A DNA stretch of 64,000 nt from a virus (Duplodnaviria; Caudoviricetes): the IMG/VR virus record IMGVR_UViG_3300012665_000509, positions 1 to 64,000 of that record, one strand, 5' to 3'. Positions 8,140 through 17,468 of this stretch are shown here, piece after piece. The position numbers and the translations under genes are program-made. Within the stretch, counting starts at the first letter, position 1. Each line of letters begins with the position of its first letter. Under the pieces are notes generated by a model. That model was not told the origin of the DNA and made no database searches. It was given only the letters and a program-made list of their open reading frames with translations.

Positions 8140-9873
8140 ATGAGTTGGAAAAAATACTTTACACCTGTACCAGTTGATGGACAAATTAGTCCAGTGTCAG
8201 GAGCCAACATGTCTAAAGCCGGCCCTGCTAAAACAAATTATTCAAGCTATTTGCCTGATGTATATTCAGGTAGTCCAAATCGAGTTGAACGATATCAGCA
8301 GTACGAAGTAATGGACAGTGATCCAGAAGTTAATGCCGCATTAGATATTCTAGCAGAATTTTGTACACAAAAATTAAAAGACGGTAAAACTCCATTTAGC
8401 TTAGGATGGAGACATAAAGCTACTAACACTGAAATTAAAATTTTAGGTGAGTACTTACAACAATGGTGTAAACTACAAAAGTTTGACACACGTATTTTCC
8501 GTGTAATGCGCAACACATTCAAATATGGTGATGCGTTTTTTGTTAGAGATCCAGAAACACAAAAATGGAACTATGTAGATCCAAGTAAGATTACTAAAGT
8601 TATTGTAAATGAAAGCGAAGGTAAGAAACCTGAGCAGTATGTGATTAGAGATTTAGCTCCTAACTTGATGAGTTTAGTAGTTACGCAAATTACACCTAAC
8701 ATTAACACTCCGAACATGCAAGGTGGTGGTAGCGGTGGTTACTTAGGACAAGGCGCCGGCGCCAAGACTAACAACGGCCCATGGCAAAGTGGTTCAACAG
8801 GTGGTCGATTCTCAATGGGTGTTACTGAACACGCAGTTGGCGCAGAACACGTGATCCATCTAAGTTTATCAGAAGGATTGGACAATAACTATCCGTTTGG
8901 TAACAGTCTTTTAGAAAATATCTTTAAAGTTTACAAGCAAAAAGAATTGCTTGAAGATGCTATTTTAATCTATCGTATACAACGTGCTCCAGAGCGCAGA
9001 GTATTTCACATTGACGTTGGTAATATGCCAAGTCATATGGCCATGGCATTCGTAGAGCGTGTCAAAAACGAAATCCATCAAAGACGTATTCCTAGCCAAA
9101 CCGGCGGTGGACAAAACGTTATTGATTCAGCTTATAATCCACTAAGCATTAACGAAGACTATTTCTTCCCGCAAACAGCAGAAGGTCGTGGATCAAAAGT
9201 TGAAACACTTCCAGGCGGAACTAACCTAGGTGAGATTGACGACTTAAAATACTTTACTAACAAGTTATTCCGTGGTTTAAGAATTCCATCAAGCTATCTG
9301 CCAACGGGCGCAGATGATAGCCAAGCATCATATAATGACGGTCGCGTTGGCACAGCATATATTCAAGAACTACGTTTTAACAAGTATTGTGAAAGATTAC
9401 AATCACTAGTTTCTAGTGTGTTTGACGAAGAATTTAAGATGTACATGTATTCACGTGGTGTGAATATTGATGCTAATCTATTTGAATTAAAGTTTAATCC
9501 TCCATTAAACTTCGCAAGTACACGTCAAAGTGCGTTAGATGCTGAACGTATTAACACATATAATACAATTCAAGCAGTGCCTTACATGTCAAAACGTTTT
9601 GCTATGAAGCGATTCTTAGGTTTAACAGACGACGATGTAGCAGAAAACGAACGCATGTGGGCTGAAGAGAATGGCAAAGGTATGCCAACATACACTGACA
9701 GTGCTGGTGAATTACGATCAGCAGGTATCAGTGCCGCAGGTATTGAAGGCGACCTCGGCGCCGCAGGCGATATGACAGCACCGGATGATATGGAAGGTGA
9801 CATGCCAGCAGATGCCGCTGTAGACGGTATGGCAGGAGCTACCGCTGCCCCAACTGCACCTCCAGTAGCATAA
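8140..9873 (+). CDS. gp20: portal vertex protein
   Basis: DPEVNAALDI, KQKELLEDAILIYRIQRAPERRVFHIDVGNMP, EDYFFP...GRGSKVETLPGG, LGEIDDLKYF. Confidence 0.96.
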   Translation: MSWKKYFTPVPVDGQISPVSGANMSKAGPAKTNYSSYLPDVYSGSPNRVERYQQYEVMDSDPEVNAALDILAEFCTQKLKDGKTPFSLGWRHKATNTEIKILGEYLQQWCKLQKFDTRIFRVMRNTFKYGDAFFVRDPETQKWNYVDPSKITKVIVNESEGKKPEQYVIRDLAPNLMSLVVTQITPNINTPNMQGGGSGGYLGQGAGAKTNNGPWQSGSTGGRFSMGVTEHAVGAEHVIHLSLSEGLDNNYPFGNSLLENIFKVYKQKELLEDAILIYRIQRAPERRVFHIDVGNMPSHMAMAFVERVKNEIHQRRIPSQTGGGQNVIDSAYNPLSINEDYFFPQTAEGRGSKVETLPGGTNLGEIDDLKYFTNKLFRGLRIPSSYLPTGADDSQASYNDGRVGTAYIQELRFNKYCERLQSLVSSVFDEEFKMYMYSRGVNIDANLFELKFNPPLNFASTRQSALDAERINTYNTIQAVPYMSKRFAMKRFLGLTDDDVAENERMWAEENGKGMPTYTDSAGELRSAGISAAGIEGDLGAAGDMTAPDDMEGDMPADAAVDGMAGATAAPTAPPVA

Positions 9874-9881
9874 ATATTATC

Positions 9882-10121
9882 ATGATCCTACGCGAATTAT
9901 TTTATATTGACCCCGATACACGACATGTGGCTAACGATATGCGTTATAGCCCCAATCGTGACCAGTCAACTATGCGCAGAGACGACACCCGTAAGACTAG
10001 ATTAACCTTACGTCAAATTAACGAATTACGCAAGAGCAGTGAAGCACATATACTTGGACAAGAACGAGAGTTAGAGTTCATTGAAGCAATGTATAAAGCA
10101 CCAGCGGCACCTCCGGCATAA
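9882..10121 (+). CDS. small head-morphogenesis protein (position of T4 gp67/68)
   Basis: 79 aa between portal and scaffold; own late promoter CATAAATA 9869-9876. Confidence 0.6.
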   Translation: MILRELFYIDPDTRHVANDMRYSPNRDQSTMRRDDTRKTRLTLRQINELRKSSEAHILGQERELEFIEAMYKAPAAPPA

Positions 10122-10236
10122 ATATCACGAACTTTTTAAAAACGAGTCGTTTTCCGGCTATATTATACCACTTTTGTAACATAAGTGTAAATATATTACA
10201 GCCTTGTATAACCATCATTCACAGGAGATAAGAACA

Positions 10237-11079
10237 ATGACTGACCGTACGCAATTTGAAGCCATGCTTGAGGCGTTGATCAATGAAGATCAAGAAACAG
10301 CAAAAGAAATTTTCCACAATATCGTAGTCGCAAAATCACGCGAAATTTACGAAGAATTACTAGCAGAAGACTTTGATCTAGAAGAAACTGGCAAACCAGT
10401 TGATGAGCCAGAAGAAGACGTTGAAGAAGCATTTGGTGCTGACGACGAAGAAGGTTCTGAAGATGACGGCGAAAGTGATGACGTAGGCGGCGACGCTACT
10501 GATGACTTCGTATCAGACATCGACGACGAAGAAGGCGAAGAAGAAGGCGATGGCGAAGGTGAAATTGAAGACCGCGTTATGGACCTAGAAGACGCTTTAG
10601 ACGAATTAAAAGCAGAATTTGAACAATTAATGGCCGGTGAAGAAGGCGACGACATGGGTGACGAGTTCGGCGGCGACGACATGGGCGACATGGATGACGA
10701 GTTTGCGCTAGGCGAACCAGACGAAATGGCTCCAATGGATCCAACAATGACCATGGAATATGTTAATAAAGTAGCTCTTCCAAAGCACGGTGACAACGGT
10801 GTTAACAACAAGTCAATCGTAGCTAAGAAGAACGATATGGGCGGTACAACTGCTAACATCGCTAAGTCATTCTCAACAGAGAAGGGCGGTACAGAAGGCG
10901 GTTTAGCTAGCCCTAAAGCTGGTGACTTAACAAGTGGTTTAGGTACAATCCATAACCGTGTTGATTCTAAAGCTGGCAAGACAGCATTTAAAAAGAAAGA
11001 GCCAGGTCACGGCGCTGAGAAGAAAGGCGCAGCCGACACAGCTCCAGATAAAAAGAGTTTAATCGGATCACGTAAGTAA
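10237..11079 (+). CDS. acidic prohead core/scaffold protein
   Basis: Very Asp/Glu-rich; start revised to ATG 10237 (AGGAG upstream); late promoter CATAAATA 10117-10124; position of T4 gp67/68. Confidence 0.7.
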   Translation: MTDRTQFEAMLEALINEDQETAKEIFHNIVVAKSREIYEELLAEDFDLEETGKPVDEPEEDVEEAFGADDEEGSEDDGESDDVGGDATDDFVSDIDDEEGEEEGDGEGEIEDRVMDLEDALDELKAEFEQLMAGEEGDDMGDEFGGDDMGDMDDEFALGEPDEMAPMDPTMTMEYVNKVALPKHGDNGVNNKSIVAKKNDMGGTTANIAKSFSTEKGGTEGGLASPKAGDLTSGLGTIHNRVDSKAGKTAFKKKEPGHGAEKKGAADTAPDKKSLIGSRK

Positions 11080-11082
11080 TCT

Positions 11083-11709
11083 ATGTTATATCTTCGAGAA
11101 AACCTTAGCTTCACTGAAGCGAAACTTGTTGTCGAGTCTGATGACAAAGAGGGTAAGAACCTATACATGTCCGGGATTTGTATCCAGGGCGGTATACGTA
11201 ACGCTAACCAGCGTGTTTACCCTGTGAATGAGATTGGCAAGGCTGTCAAAACCCTGAACGATCAGATTCAAAACGGTTATAGTGTTCTTGGAGAAGTAGA
11301 TCACCCAGATGATTTAAAGATTAATTTGGACCGTGTGTCGCATATGATTACTAATATGTGGATGGATGGTCCAAACGGTTACGGTAAATTGAAAATTTTA
11401 CCTACACCAATGGGACAACTAATTCGCACCATGCTTGAAAGTGGTGTGAAATTAGGCGTATCAAGCCGCGGATCCGGAAACGTCAAAGATGACGGCTCCG
11501 GTGAAGTATCAGATTTTGAGATTATCACAGTAGATATGGTAGCTCAACCTAGTGCTCCAGGAGCATATCCTACACCAATTTATGAACACCTCATGGGAAC
11601 ACGTGGTGGTTATAATGCCTTACGCATAGCGGAAGAGGTTAAGGGAGATCCTAAAGCACAGAAATATCTCAAAGAGAGCTTATTAGCGATAATAAGCAAA
11701 CTCCAATAA
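11083..11709 (+). CDS. gp21: prohead protease
   Basis: NANQRVYP, GEVDHP, INLDRVSH, GVKLGVSSRGSG, ITVDMVAQPSAP. Confidence 0.95.
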   Translation: MLYLRENLSFTEAKLVVESDDKEGKNLYMSGICIQGGIRNANQRVYPVNEIGKAVKTLNDQIQNGYSVLGEVDHPDDLKINLDRVSHMITNMWMDGPNGYGKLKILPTPMGQLIRTMLESGVKLGVSSRGSGNVKDDGSGEVSDFEIITVDMVAQPSAPGAYPTPIYEHLMGTRGGYNALRIAEEVKGDPKAQKYLKESLLAIISKLQ

Positions 11710-11722
11710 TAAGGAGAATCAC

Positions 11723-12817
11723 ATGTTGGATGCACTAAAAAGTTTATTTGAAAACAACGTGATTTCTGAAGAGATCAAAGAGTCTATTGAGTTAGCGTTC
11801 GAAGCCCGTATCAACGAAGCTAAAGAACAAGCTACTCAACAACTACGCGAAGAGTTCGCTCAACGATATGAGCACGACAAGAACACAATGATTGAAGCTG
11901 TTGATCGCATGATTACAGATAACCTTTCACAAGAACTTGTTGAATTTGCAGACGACCGTAAGCAATTAGCTGAAATGAAGGCAAAGTATGCTGTTAAGAT
12001 GAGAAATGACGCAAATGTAATGAAGGAATTTGTTACACGTCAATTAGCATCTGAAGTAGCAGAACTGCACGAAGATCAAGTAGCTATGGCTTCTAAATTC
12101 GGCGCATTAGAACAATTTGTAGTAGAGGCTCTTGCTCAAGAAATTACAGAGTTTTACAAAGACAAACAGGACTTAGCTGAAACTAAAGTCCGTCTAGTCC
12201 GTGAAGGACGTGAAGAGCTTAAGAAAGTTAAGCAACAGTTCGTAGAACGTGCTGCAGGAATGGTTGATCAAGTTGTTAGCGAGAGCCTAAGCTCAGAACT
12301 AACAGCATTGAAAGAAGACATTGATGCCGCTCGTCGTAACGATTTTGGTCGCAAGTTGTTCGAAGCTTTTGCTTCTGAATACCAAACTAGCTACCTTTCT
12401 GAGAAATCAGAAACTGCAAAATTACTCAAAGTCATAGACATTAAAGAGCTAGCTATTGCTGAAGCACAAGTTGCCGCAGAAGAAGCACAAGCCCTAGTAG
12501 AAAGTAAAGAAGCAGAAATTGCCGCTCTTAAAGAGTCGCAAGAAAGAAAAGCAATCATGAATGAATTACTAGCTCCGCTAAACACAGAGCAAAAAGACAT
12601 CATGGGTGAATTAATGGAGAGTGTGAAAACATCAAGACTTGTAGAAAGTTTTGACAAGTATCTACCAGCTGTAATCGCCGGTAAAGCTCCGCAGAAGAAA
12701 CAGGCACTTGTAGAGGCTAAAGAAATTACAGGAAACAAAGTTTCCAACAGCAATCGTAGCAGCGAGGATGATGGTAATATCATCGATATCCGTCGCCTTG
12801 CTGGACTAAAAATTTAA
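11723..12817 (+). CDS. gp22: major prohead scaffolding protein
   Basis: Acidic coiled-coil protein between protease and capsid genes, N-terminal IELAFEARI pattern. Confidence 0.85.
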   Translation: MLDALKSLFENNVISEEIKESIELAFEARINEAKEQATQQLREEFAQRYEHDKNTMIEAVDRMITDNLSQELVEFADDRKQLAEMKAKYAVKMRNDANVMKEFVTRQLASEVAELHEDQVAMASKFGALEQFVVEALAQEITEFYKDKQDLAETKVRLVREGREELKKVKQQFVERAAGMVDQVVSESLSSELTALKEDIDAARRNDFGRKLFEAFASEYQTSYLSEKSETAKLLKVIDIKELAIAEAQVAAEEAQALVESKEAEIAALKESQERKAIMNELLAPLNTEQKDIMGELMESVKTSRLVESFDKYLPAVIAGKAPQKKQALVEAKEITGNKVSNSNRSSEDDGNIIDIRRLAGLKI

Positions 12818-12829
12818 GGAGAAATTTAA

Positions 12830-14002
12830 ATGTCAGAACTACTAAATGGCCGTTGGGCAGAAACTAAAGAAGCTCTTTTAGAAGGCCTTCAAGGCACTAA
12901 AAAATCAGTTATGGGCGTTACACTAGAGAACACACGTAAGTATCTAGTTGAATCACCTACAGCTGGTGCCACTTCTGCCGGCAACGTCGCAACATTAAAT
13001 CGCGTGATTCTACCAGTAATCCGTCGTGTTATGCCAACAGTTATCGCTAACGAGTTGGTTGGTGTACAACCAATGACTGGCCCAGTTGGACAAATCCACA
13101 CTCTACGTGTTCGCTACAGCGATACATCAAGCGGTGCTGGCGTTGTTGCTGGTGAAGAGGCATTGAGCCCATTCAAGATCGCTGAAGCTTACTCAGGTAA
13201 TGAGGCAAGCCCAGCTAAGGCAGCGTCTACAGCTACACTAGAAGGTGCAGCAGGTAAGCGTATGTCAATTCAAATCTTGAAACAAACTGTAGAAGCTAAA
13301 ACTCGTAAGTTATCAGCTCGCTGGACTTTCGAAGCTGCACAAGATGCACAAGCCCAACAAGGTATTGACATCGAAGCAGAAGTTATGGCTGCTTTAGCTC
13401 AAGAAATCACTGCTGAAATCGACCAAGAAATTCTACAATCTTTAGATAGCTTGGCTGGTACAGCTTCAGAAACTTATAACCAAGCCGCTGTTAGCGGTAC
13501 TGCAACTTTCGTTGGTGACGAACACGCTGCATTAGCTGTTCAGATCAATCGCGTAAGCAACTTGATCGCTCAACGTACACGTCGTGGTGCTGGTAACTGG
13601 GCCGTAGTAAGTCCATTTGCTTTAACAATTTTACAATCTGCTACTACTAGCGCATTTGCTCGTACAACAGAAGGTACATTTGAAGCACCTACAAACACTA
13701 AGTTTGTTGGTACATTGAACTCAGCAATGAAAGTGTATGTTAACACATACGCCGCTGACAATTCAGCTGTTTTAATCGGTTACAAAGGTTCAAGCGAATC
13801 AGATGCGGCAGCATTCTATTGCCCATACATTCCATTGATGTCTTCTGGTGTTGTGCTAGATCCATCAACATTCGAACCAGTAGTAAGCTTCATGACACGT
13901 TATGGATATGTTGAGTTGTCAAACACAGCATCTTCATTAGGTAATGCAGCTGACTACCTAGGTAAGGTTGCTATCACTCACGGTAACGTGAAGTTTAGCT
14001 AA
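12830..14002 (+). CDS. gp23: major capsid protein
   Basis: VGVQPMTGPVGQI, VEAKTRKLSARWTFEAAQD, EITAEIDQEI, AFYCPYIPL, FMTRYG. Confidence 0.97.
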   Translation: MSELLNGRWAETKEALLEGLQGTKKSVMGVTLENTRKYLVESPTAGATSAGNVATLNRVILPVIRRVMPTVIANELVGVQPMTGPVGQIHTLRVRYSDTSSGAGVVAGEEALSPFKIAEAYSGNEASPAKAASTATLEGAAGKRMSIQILKQTVEAKTRKLSARWTFEAAQDAQAQQGIDIEAEVMAALAQEITAEIDQEILQSLDSLAGTASETYNQAAVSGTATFVGDEHAALAVQINRVSNLIAQRTRRGAGNWAVVSPFALTILQSATTSAFARTTEGTFEAPTNTKFVGTLNSAMKVYVNTYAADNSAVLIGYKGSSESDAAAFYCPYIPLMSSGVVLDPSTFEPVVSFMTRYGYVELSNTASSLGNAADYLGKVAITHGNVKFS

Positions 14003-14027
14003 TCAAACCTCGAGTTTGTTACTAAGC

Positions 14028-14053
14028 AAGGGCACTTCGGTGCCCTTTCTCTT
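14028..14053 (+). terminator. intrinsic terminator after major capsid gene
   Basis: AAGGGCAC-TTCG-GTGCCCTT followed by TCTCTT; C(UUCG)G loop. Confidence 0.8.
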
Positions 14054-14058
14054 GGGCA

Positions 14059-14153
14059 GATAAATACTTGGTATGACTTACATGGTGTAAGTTTTATGCG
14101 GAAATCCAACCGCGTATGGCCTAGAACGCCATCTTTCTTAAGGAGAAAACAAA
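14059..14153 (+). promoter_or_regulatory. late promoter plus three-hairpin 5' leader
   Basis: GATAAATA 14059-14066; stems 14075-14093, 14095-14116, 14117-14131; SD AAGGAG 14140-14145. Confidence 0.6.
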
Positions 14154-14549
14154 ATGGGACGTCCTTTAACTAAAACAAAACTTGACGGTATTGAGTGCGA
14201 AGCACAAATTGGTTCTGGTGGTTCAGAACTTTTAACAGGTTCTATTGTTAAACAAGTTAGCACACGCCGTTACAAAGTAACAACTACTGACGGTACAGCA
14301 GTATGTACACTAGTACAAACAGCTGACCTCGGTGCTAACGAAATGAGTATTATTGCTACAGACAGCACAAATGCTACATACTTTGTTAGCAAACTAACAG
14401 GTAAGAGAGCAACACTTACTCGTCTAACAGAATCAGACGGTGGCGGTTCAAGCCCTCCTGCTACTGGTTGGATCTATGTTACAGATTCTTCAGCTCCTTG
14501 GACAACAGGTGCCGCAACAGGTAACGTTGTATCTATCGCTCAGAAGTAA
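14154..14549 (+). CDS. probable virion (head-associated) protein
   Basis: 131 aa, Thr/Gly-rich beta-type, own late promoter and strong SD directly after the capsid gene. Confidence 0.6.
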   Translation: MGRPLTKTKLDGIECEAQIGSGGSELLTGSIVKQVSTRRYKVTTTDGTAVCTLVQTADLGANEMSIIATDSTNATYFVSKLTGKRATLTRLTESDGGGSSPPATGWIYVTDSSAPWTTGAATGNVVSIAQK

Positions 14550-14564
14550 TTGATTTATCAATCA

Positions 14565-14595
14565 AACAAAAAGGACCTTTGGGTCCTTTTTTGTT
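14565..14595. terminator. bidirectional terminator
   Basis: AACAAAAAGGACC-TTTG-GGTCCTTTTTTGTT between convergent genes. Confidence 0.85.
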
Positions 14596-14597
14596 GA

Positions 14598-15266
14598 CTA
14601 CACCATGTCACCATGCGGACTATCTGCCCGCAGTACCCTAACTTTTTCATGTCCTACTTGTATCAAAGGATCAGCCCACACATCGATACCTAGCTTTTTT
14701 ACTCTATTAACGAAACTACCGTCTTCTGCCTCAAACCATAAGACATCTCCATCGTCGTGTGCTGTGGGGAAGAACCACGGGTACTCTAACTGTTCAAAGA
14801 CTCCACGTTGTACAGCCATAAATCCCATACCGCATTCTTGAACTTTAAAGCGTTCGCCACTAAAATCAACATCTTCTCGAGTAAGCCATTTACAGTTATC
14901 ACGAGTTTTTTCTGTGTATACACTTACATTGTAATGTTTGTTGTCATTCATTAATACCATGCCGGTAACAATTTTGTGGTCAGCATTAGTTAGTAGCTGT
15001 GCTATATCTTCAGGATCCCATACTTGATCACTATCTATCCAAATTATCCAATCGTAGTGAACATTCCCGCCAAAAGGTTTAAGCGTCTTAGGGCTAGTTC
15101 TACTTCCGCCCATTAATTGATTACGGCAGTGATATATGATTGGTATGTAGGTCATACTAACATCGTAATCAATATCCATGTCGTGACACCATTGTAAGGT
15201 GCGTGTCCAACTAGTCAAAAACGACTTACTAAACATATTTCCTGGTATGCAAAATATTAGTTTCAT
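14598..15266 (-). CDS. GT-A fold (family 2-like) glycosyltransferase
   Basis: YDWIIWIDSD (DxD), CGMGFMAVQRGVFE, EDGSF, VGHEK; TTAAATA on minus strand at 15292-15298. Confidence 0.8.
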   Translation of the reverse strand: MKLIFCIPGNMFSKSFLTSWTRTLQWCHDMDIDYDVSMTYIPIIYHCRNQLMGGSRTSPKTLKPFGGNVHYDWIIWIDSDQVWDPEDIAQLLTNADHKIVTGMVLMNDNKHYNVSVYTEKTRDNCKWLTREDVDFSGERFKVQECGMGFMAVQRGVFEQLEYPWFFPTAHDDGDVLWFEAEDGSFVNRVKKLGIDVWADPLIQVGHEKVRVLRADSPHGDMV

Positions 15267-15408
15267 GTTATTCCTAAATTAATTATGTGAGTATTTAACT
15301 GTAACGCTGTTAGCTAGAAAAATTTCTCTATATTAGCTTTTTCGTTATCTGCTAAATACTGTACAGTAGCTTATTAGGGACAGCAGTCTCTAACAGTAAG
15401 GATAATAC

Positions 15409-16458
15409 ATGTCTAAGATATTAAAAGTTAGCGAAAGCAATTATAGAGTACAAGTACAAGAAGGCGGTACTATTACTCTTGATACTGGTACAGATAACGG
15501 TATCGTAATTGTCACGGGTGATTTAAGAGTAATGGGTAACACTACTACTATTGACACCGCTAATATGACTATTGAAGACAACATTATACTTTTAAACAAA
15601 GGCGAAACGGGCGCCGGTGTTACAGAAGGTACCTCAGGATTAGAAATTTCGAGAGGTACGCTTGATAATGCTCAATTGTTATTTGACGAATCATTGACTC
15701 ACTGGGATCAAACCCTAGCAGGCGGTCGTGGATCTGGCTTAGGCGGTGCTGATGCTAATGGTACATTTGTTTTACAAACAGATGCTGGTACTTTATCAAG
15801 TTTAAAAGTAGCAGGTATTGTTGCTCCTGAAGATTTAGACTTAACATTTGACTTAAGAAACAAACCGTACGCTTTACGTATTGCTAATGCTGATGCTACT
15901 GCGTATTCAAGTCGTGTGTTTGTGGGATTAAACGTTACAGAAGTTAACGATAATTTAATTCCAAACAGAAAGTTTATTACACAATACGTTTCAGCATCTG
16001 GATTAACCAGCGGTATGGCTGACGTAGATAAAATTTATAAAACTAACGGACTAGCACCAGTTGCTGGCGGTGTTATTCAAACTGAAGTTTTATCATCATT
16101 AACAAAAATTGAATTTTTAGTACGCTCAGGATCACCTAGCGCATTAAACACTCGCGCAGAAATTAACTCTGCTGGATTGTTTGTTGACAACGTTAACACG
16201 TTCTTAAATACAGTACAAACAAAACCAGGCAGTGCGGCTACGTTATTACTCAGAGGCGATAGTCAAAACGTTGAAGTTGATTCATACTTTAACTTAACCA
16301 ATCAAATTACTACACCGTTAGCACAAAGCGGTCGCAATAAAATATTCTCAAGAGCTGTAACAGGCCCAGGTAAAACGGGATTATTTTTTACAAACACTAC
16401 TACAGCCGATGAGCTGGTTGCTAAAAATAGAGCACTATTGTTTAGCATGTTATTTTAA
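15409..16458 (+). CDS. virion structural / fibre-associated protein
   Basis: TTTIDTANMTIEDNIILLNKG fibre-shaft-type motif; late promoter CTAAATA 15352-15358; hydrophobic C-terminus RALLFSMLF. Confidence 0.6.
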   Translation: MSKILKVSESNYRVQVQEGGTITLDTGTDNGIVIVTGDLRVMGNTTTIDTANMTIEDNIILLNKGETGAGVTEGTSGLEISRGTLDNAQLLFDESLTHWDQTLAGGRGSGLGGADANGTFVLQTDAGTLSSLKVAGIVAPEDLDLTFDLRNKPYALRIANADATAYSSRVFVGLNVTEVNDNLIPNRKFITQYVSASGLTSGMADVDKIYKTNGLAPVAGGVIQTEVLSSLTKIEFLVRSGSPSALNTRAEINSAGLFVDNVNTFLNTVQTKPGSAATLLLRGDSQNVEVDSYFNLTNQITTPLAQSGRNKIFSRAVTGPGKTGLFFTNTTTADELVAKNRALLFSMLF

Positions 16459-16467
16459 GGATAGAAC

Positions 16468-16827
16468 ATGGCAATTACCAACGCAAAAATTACAACATCT
16501 TCGGCAGCAATATACACTAGCCCATCTAATACGTCTAATGCGATTACTACCGTTATCATTTGTAACAGAAAAGTATTTGATCCATTAAATCCTACAGACA
16601 ATACTGCTAAGTTATCATTATATGCTGTTCCAAGTGGCGGATCAGCAACTTCTCCAGCAATAGAAACTATCATTGTAAACGAATTAGTTATTCCAGCAGG
16701 CGAAACTGTAACATTTGACCAAGAAAAGATGGTATTAGCAGACGGCGATATGTTAGTTGCTAAAGCAGATGTAGGTTCAACTGGTGACCCTACACTAGTA
16801 GCAACAGTAAGCACATTGGTGGTATAA
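16468..16827 (+). CDS. small beta-sandwich virion adaptor (paralogue 1 of 3)
   Basis: IYTSP...ITTVIICN...EKMVL pattern shared with 25530-25859 and 40317-40637. Confidence 0.6.
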   Translation: MAITNAKITTSSAAIYTSPSNTSNAITTVIICNRKVFDPLNPTDNTAKLSLYAVPSGGSATSPAIETIIVNELVIPAGETVTFDQEKMVLADGDMLVAKADVGSTGDPTLVATVSTLVV

Positions 16828-16828
16828 G

Positions 16829-17458
16829 ATGAGATTTTTAAAAAGACAAGTTATCAATCGCCGAGCACCAGCAGACGGCAGACTTGTTGTTGATGTTAAC
16901 AACGGTGTTGTTATGGATACAACAAATAGTTTACGGTTGCCAAGAGGTACTGGTGATCGTTTATACGCAATTGGCGAGCCTGAAAATCAAAGACCAATCG
17001 AACCAGAAGTTGGCATGATCCGTTATAATACTTCATACGATCAAGTAGAAGTATACCAAGGAACTGGCGCTCAAGCTAAATGGAGAGCTTTACGTTTTCA
17101 AGAATCTGGCAACATTGTACAACAAGACTTAGGTGTTGGTGACTTTGTTGAAGTATTGTTTGGGCCGTTAAACCCTCCTCCAGGATTTGTATATGGTTAT
17201 ACAACTGGCGGCGGCGGAAGCGGACCTGGTGATGCTCCTCCAATACAGAATAATGGCACATGGTCCGGCTCTAACATTCTAGTTTTTGTTGAAAACGTAT
17301 TTCAAATTTACAATACTAACTATACAATCACAGTAAATCCGCCAGGATTTAAACCAGGCGGCGGAAGTATTCCGTACGATCCAGGTTCATACATTACTTT
17401 TGATTCTGCTGTACCTACTGGAAAGTCTGTTACTGTATTACACGGCTTCGATAGCTAA
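16829..17458 (+). CDS. virion structural protein
   Basis: LPRGT...QRP...GMIRYNT...EVY...W motif shared with the 1120- and 1523-aa proteins. Confidence 0.6.
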   Translation: MRFLKRQVINRRAPADGRLVVDVNNGVVMDTTNSLRLPRGTGDRLYAIGEPENQRPIEPEVGMIRYNTSYDQVEVYQGTGAQAKWRALRFQESGNIVQQDLGVGDFVEVLFGPLNPPPGFVYGYTTGGGGSGPGDAPPIQNNGTWSGSNILVFVENVFQIYNTNYTITVNPPGFKPGGGSIPYDPGSYITFDSAVPTGKSVTVLHGFDS

Positions 17459-17468
17459 GGATTAAAAC

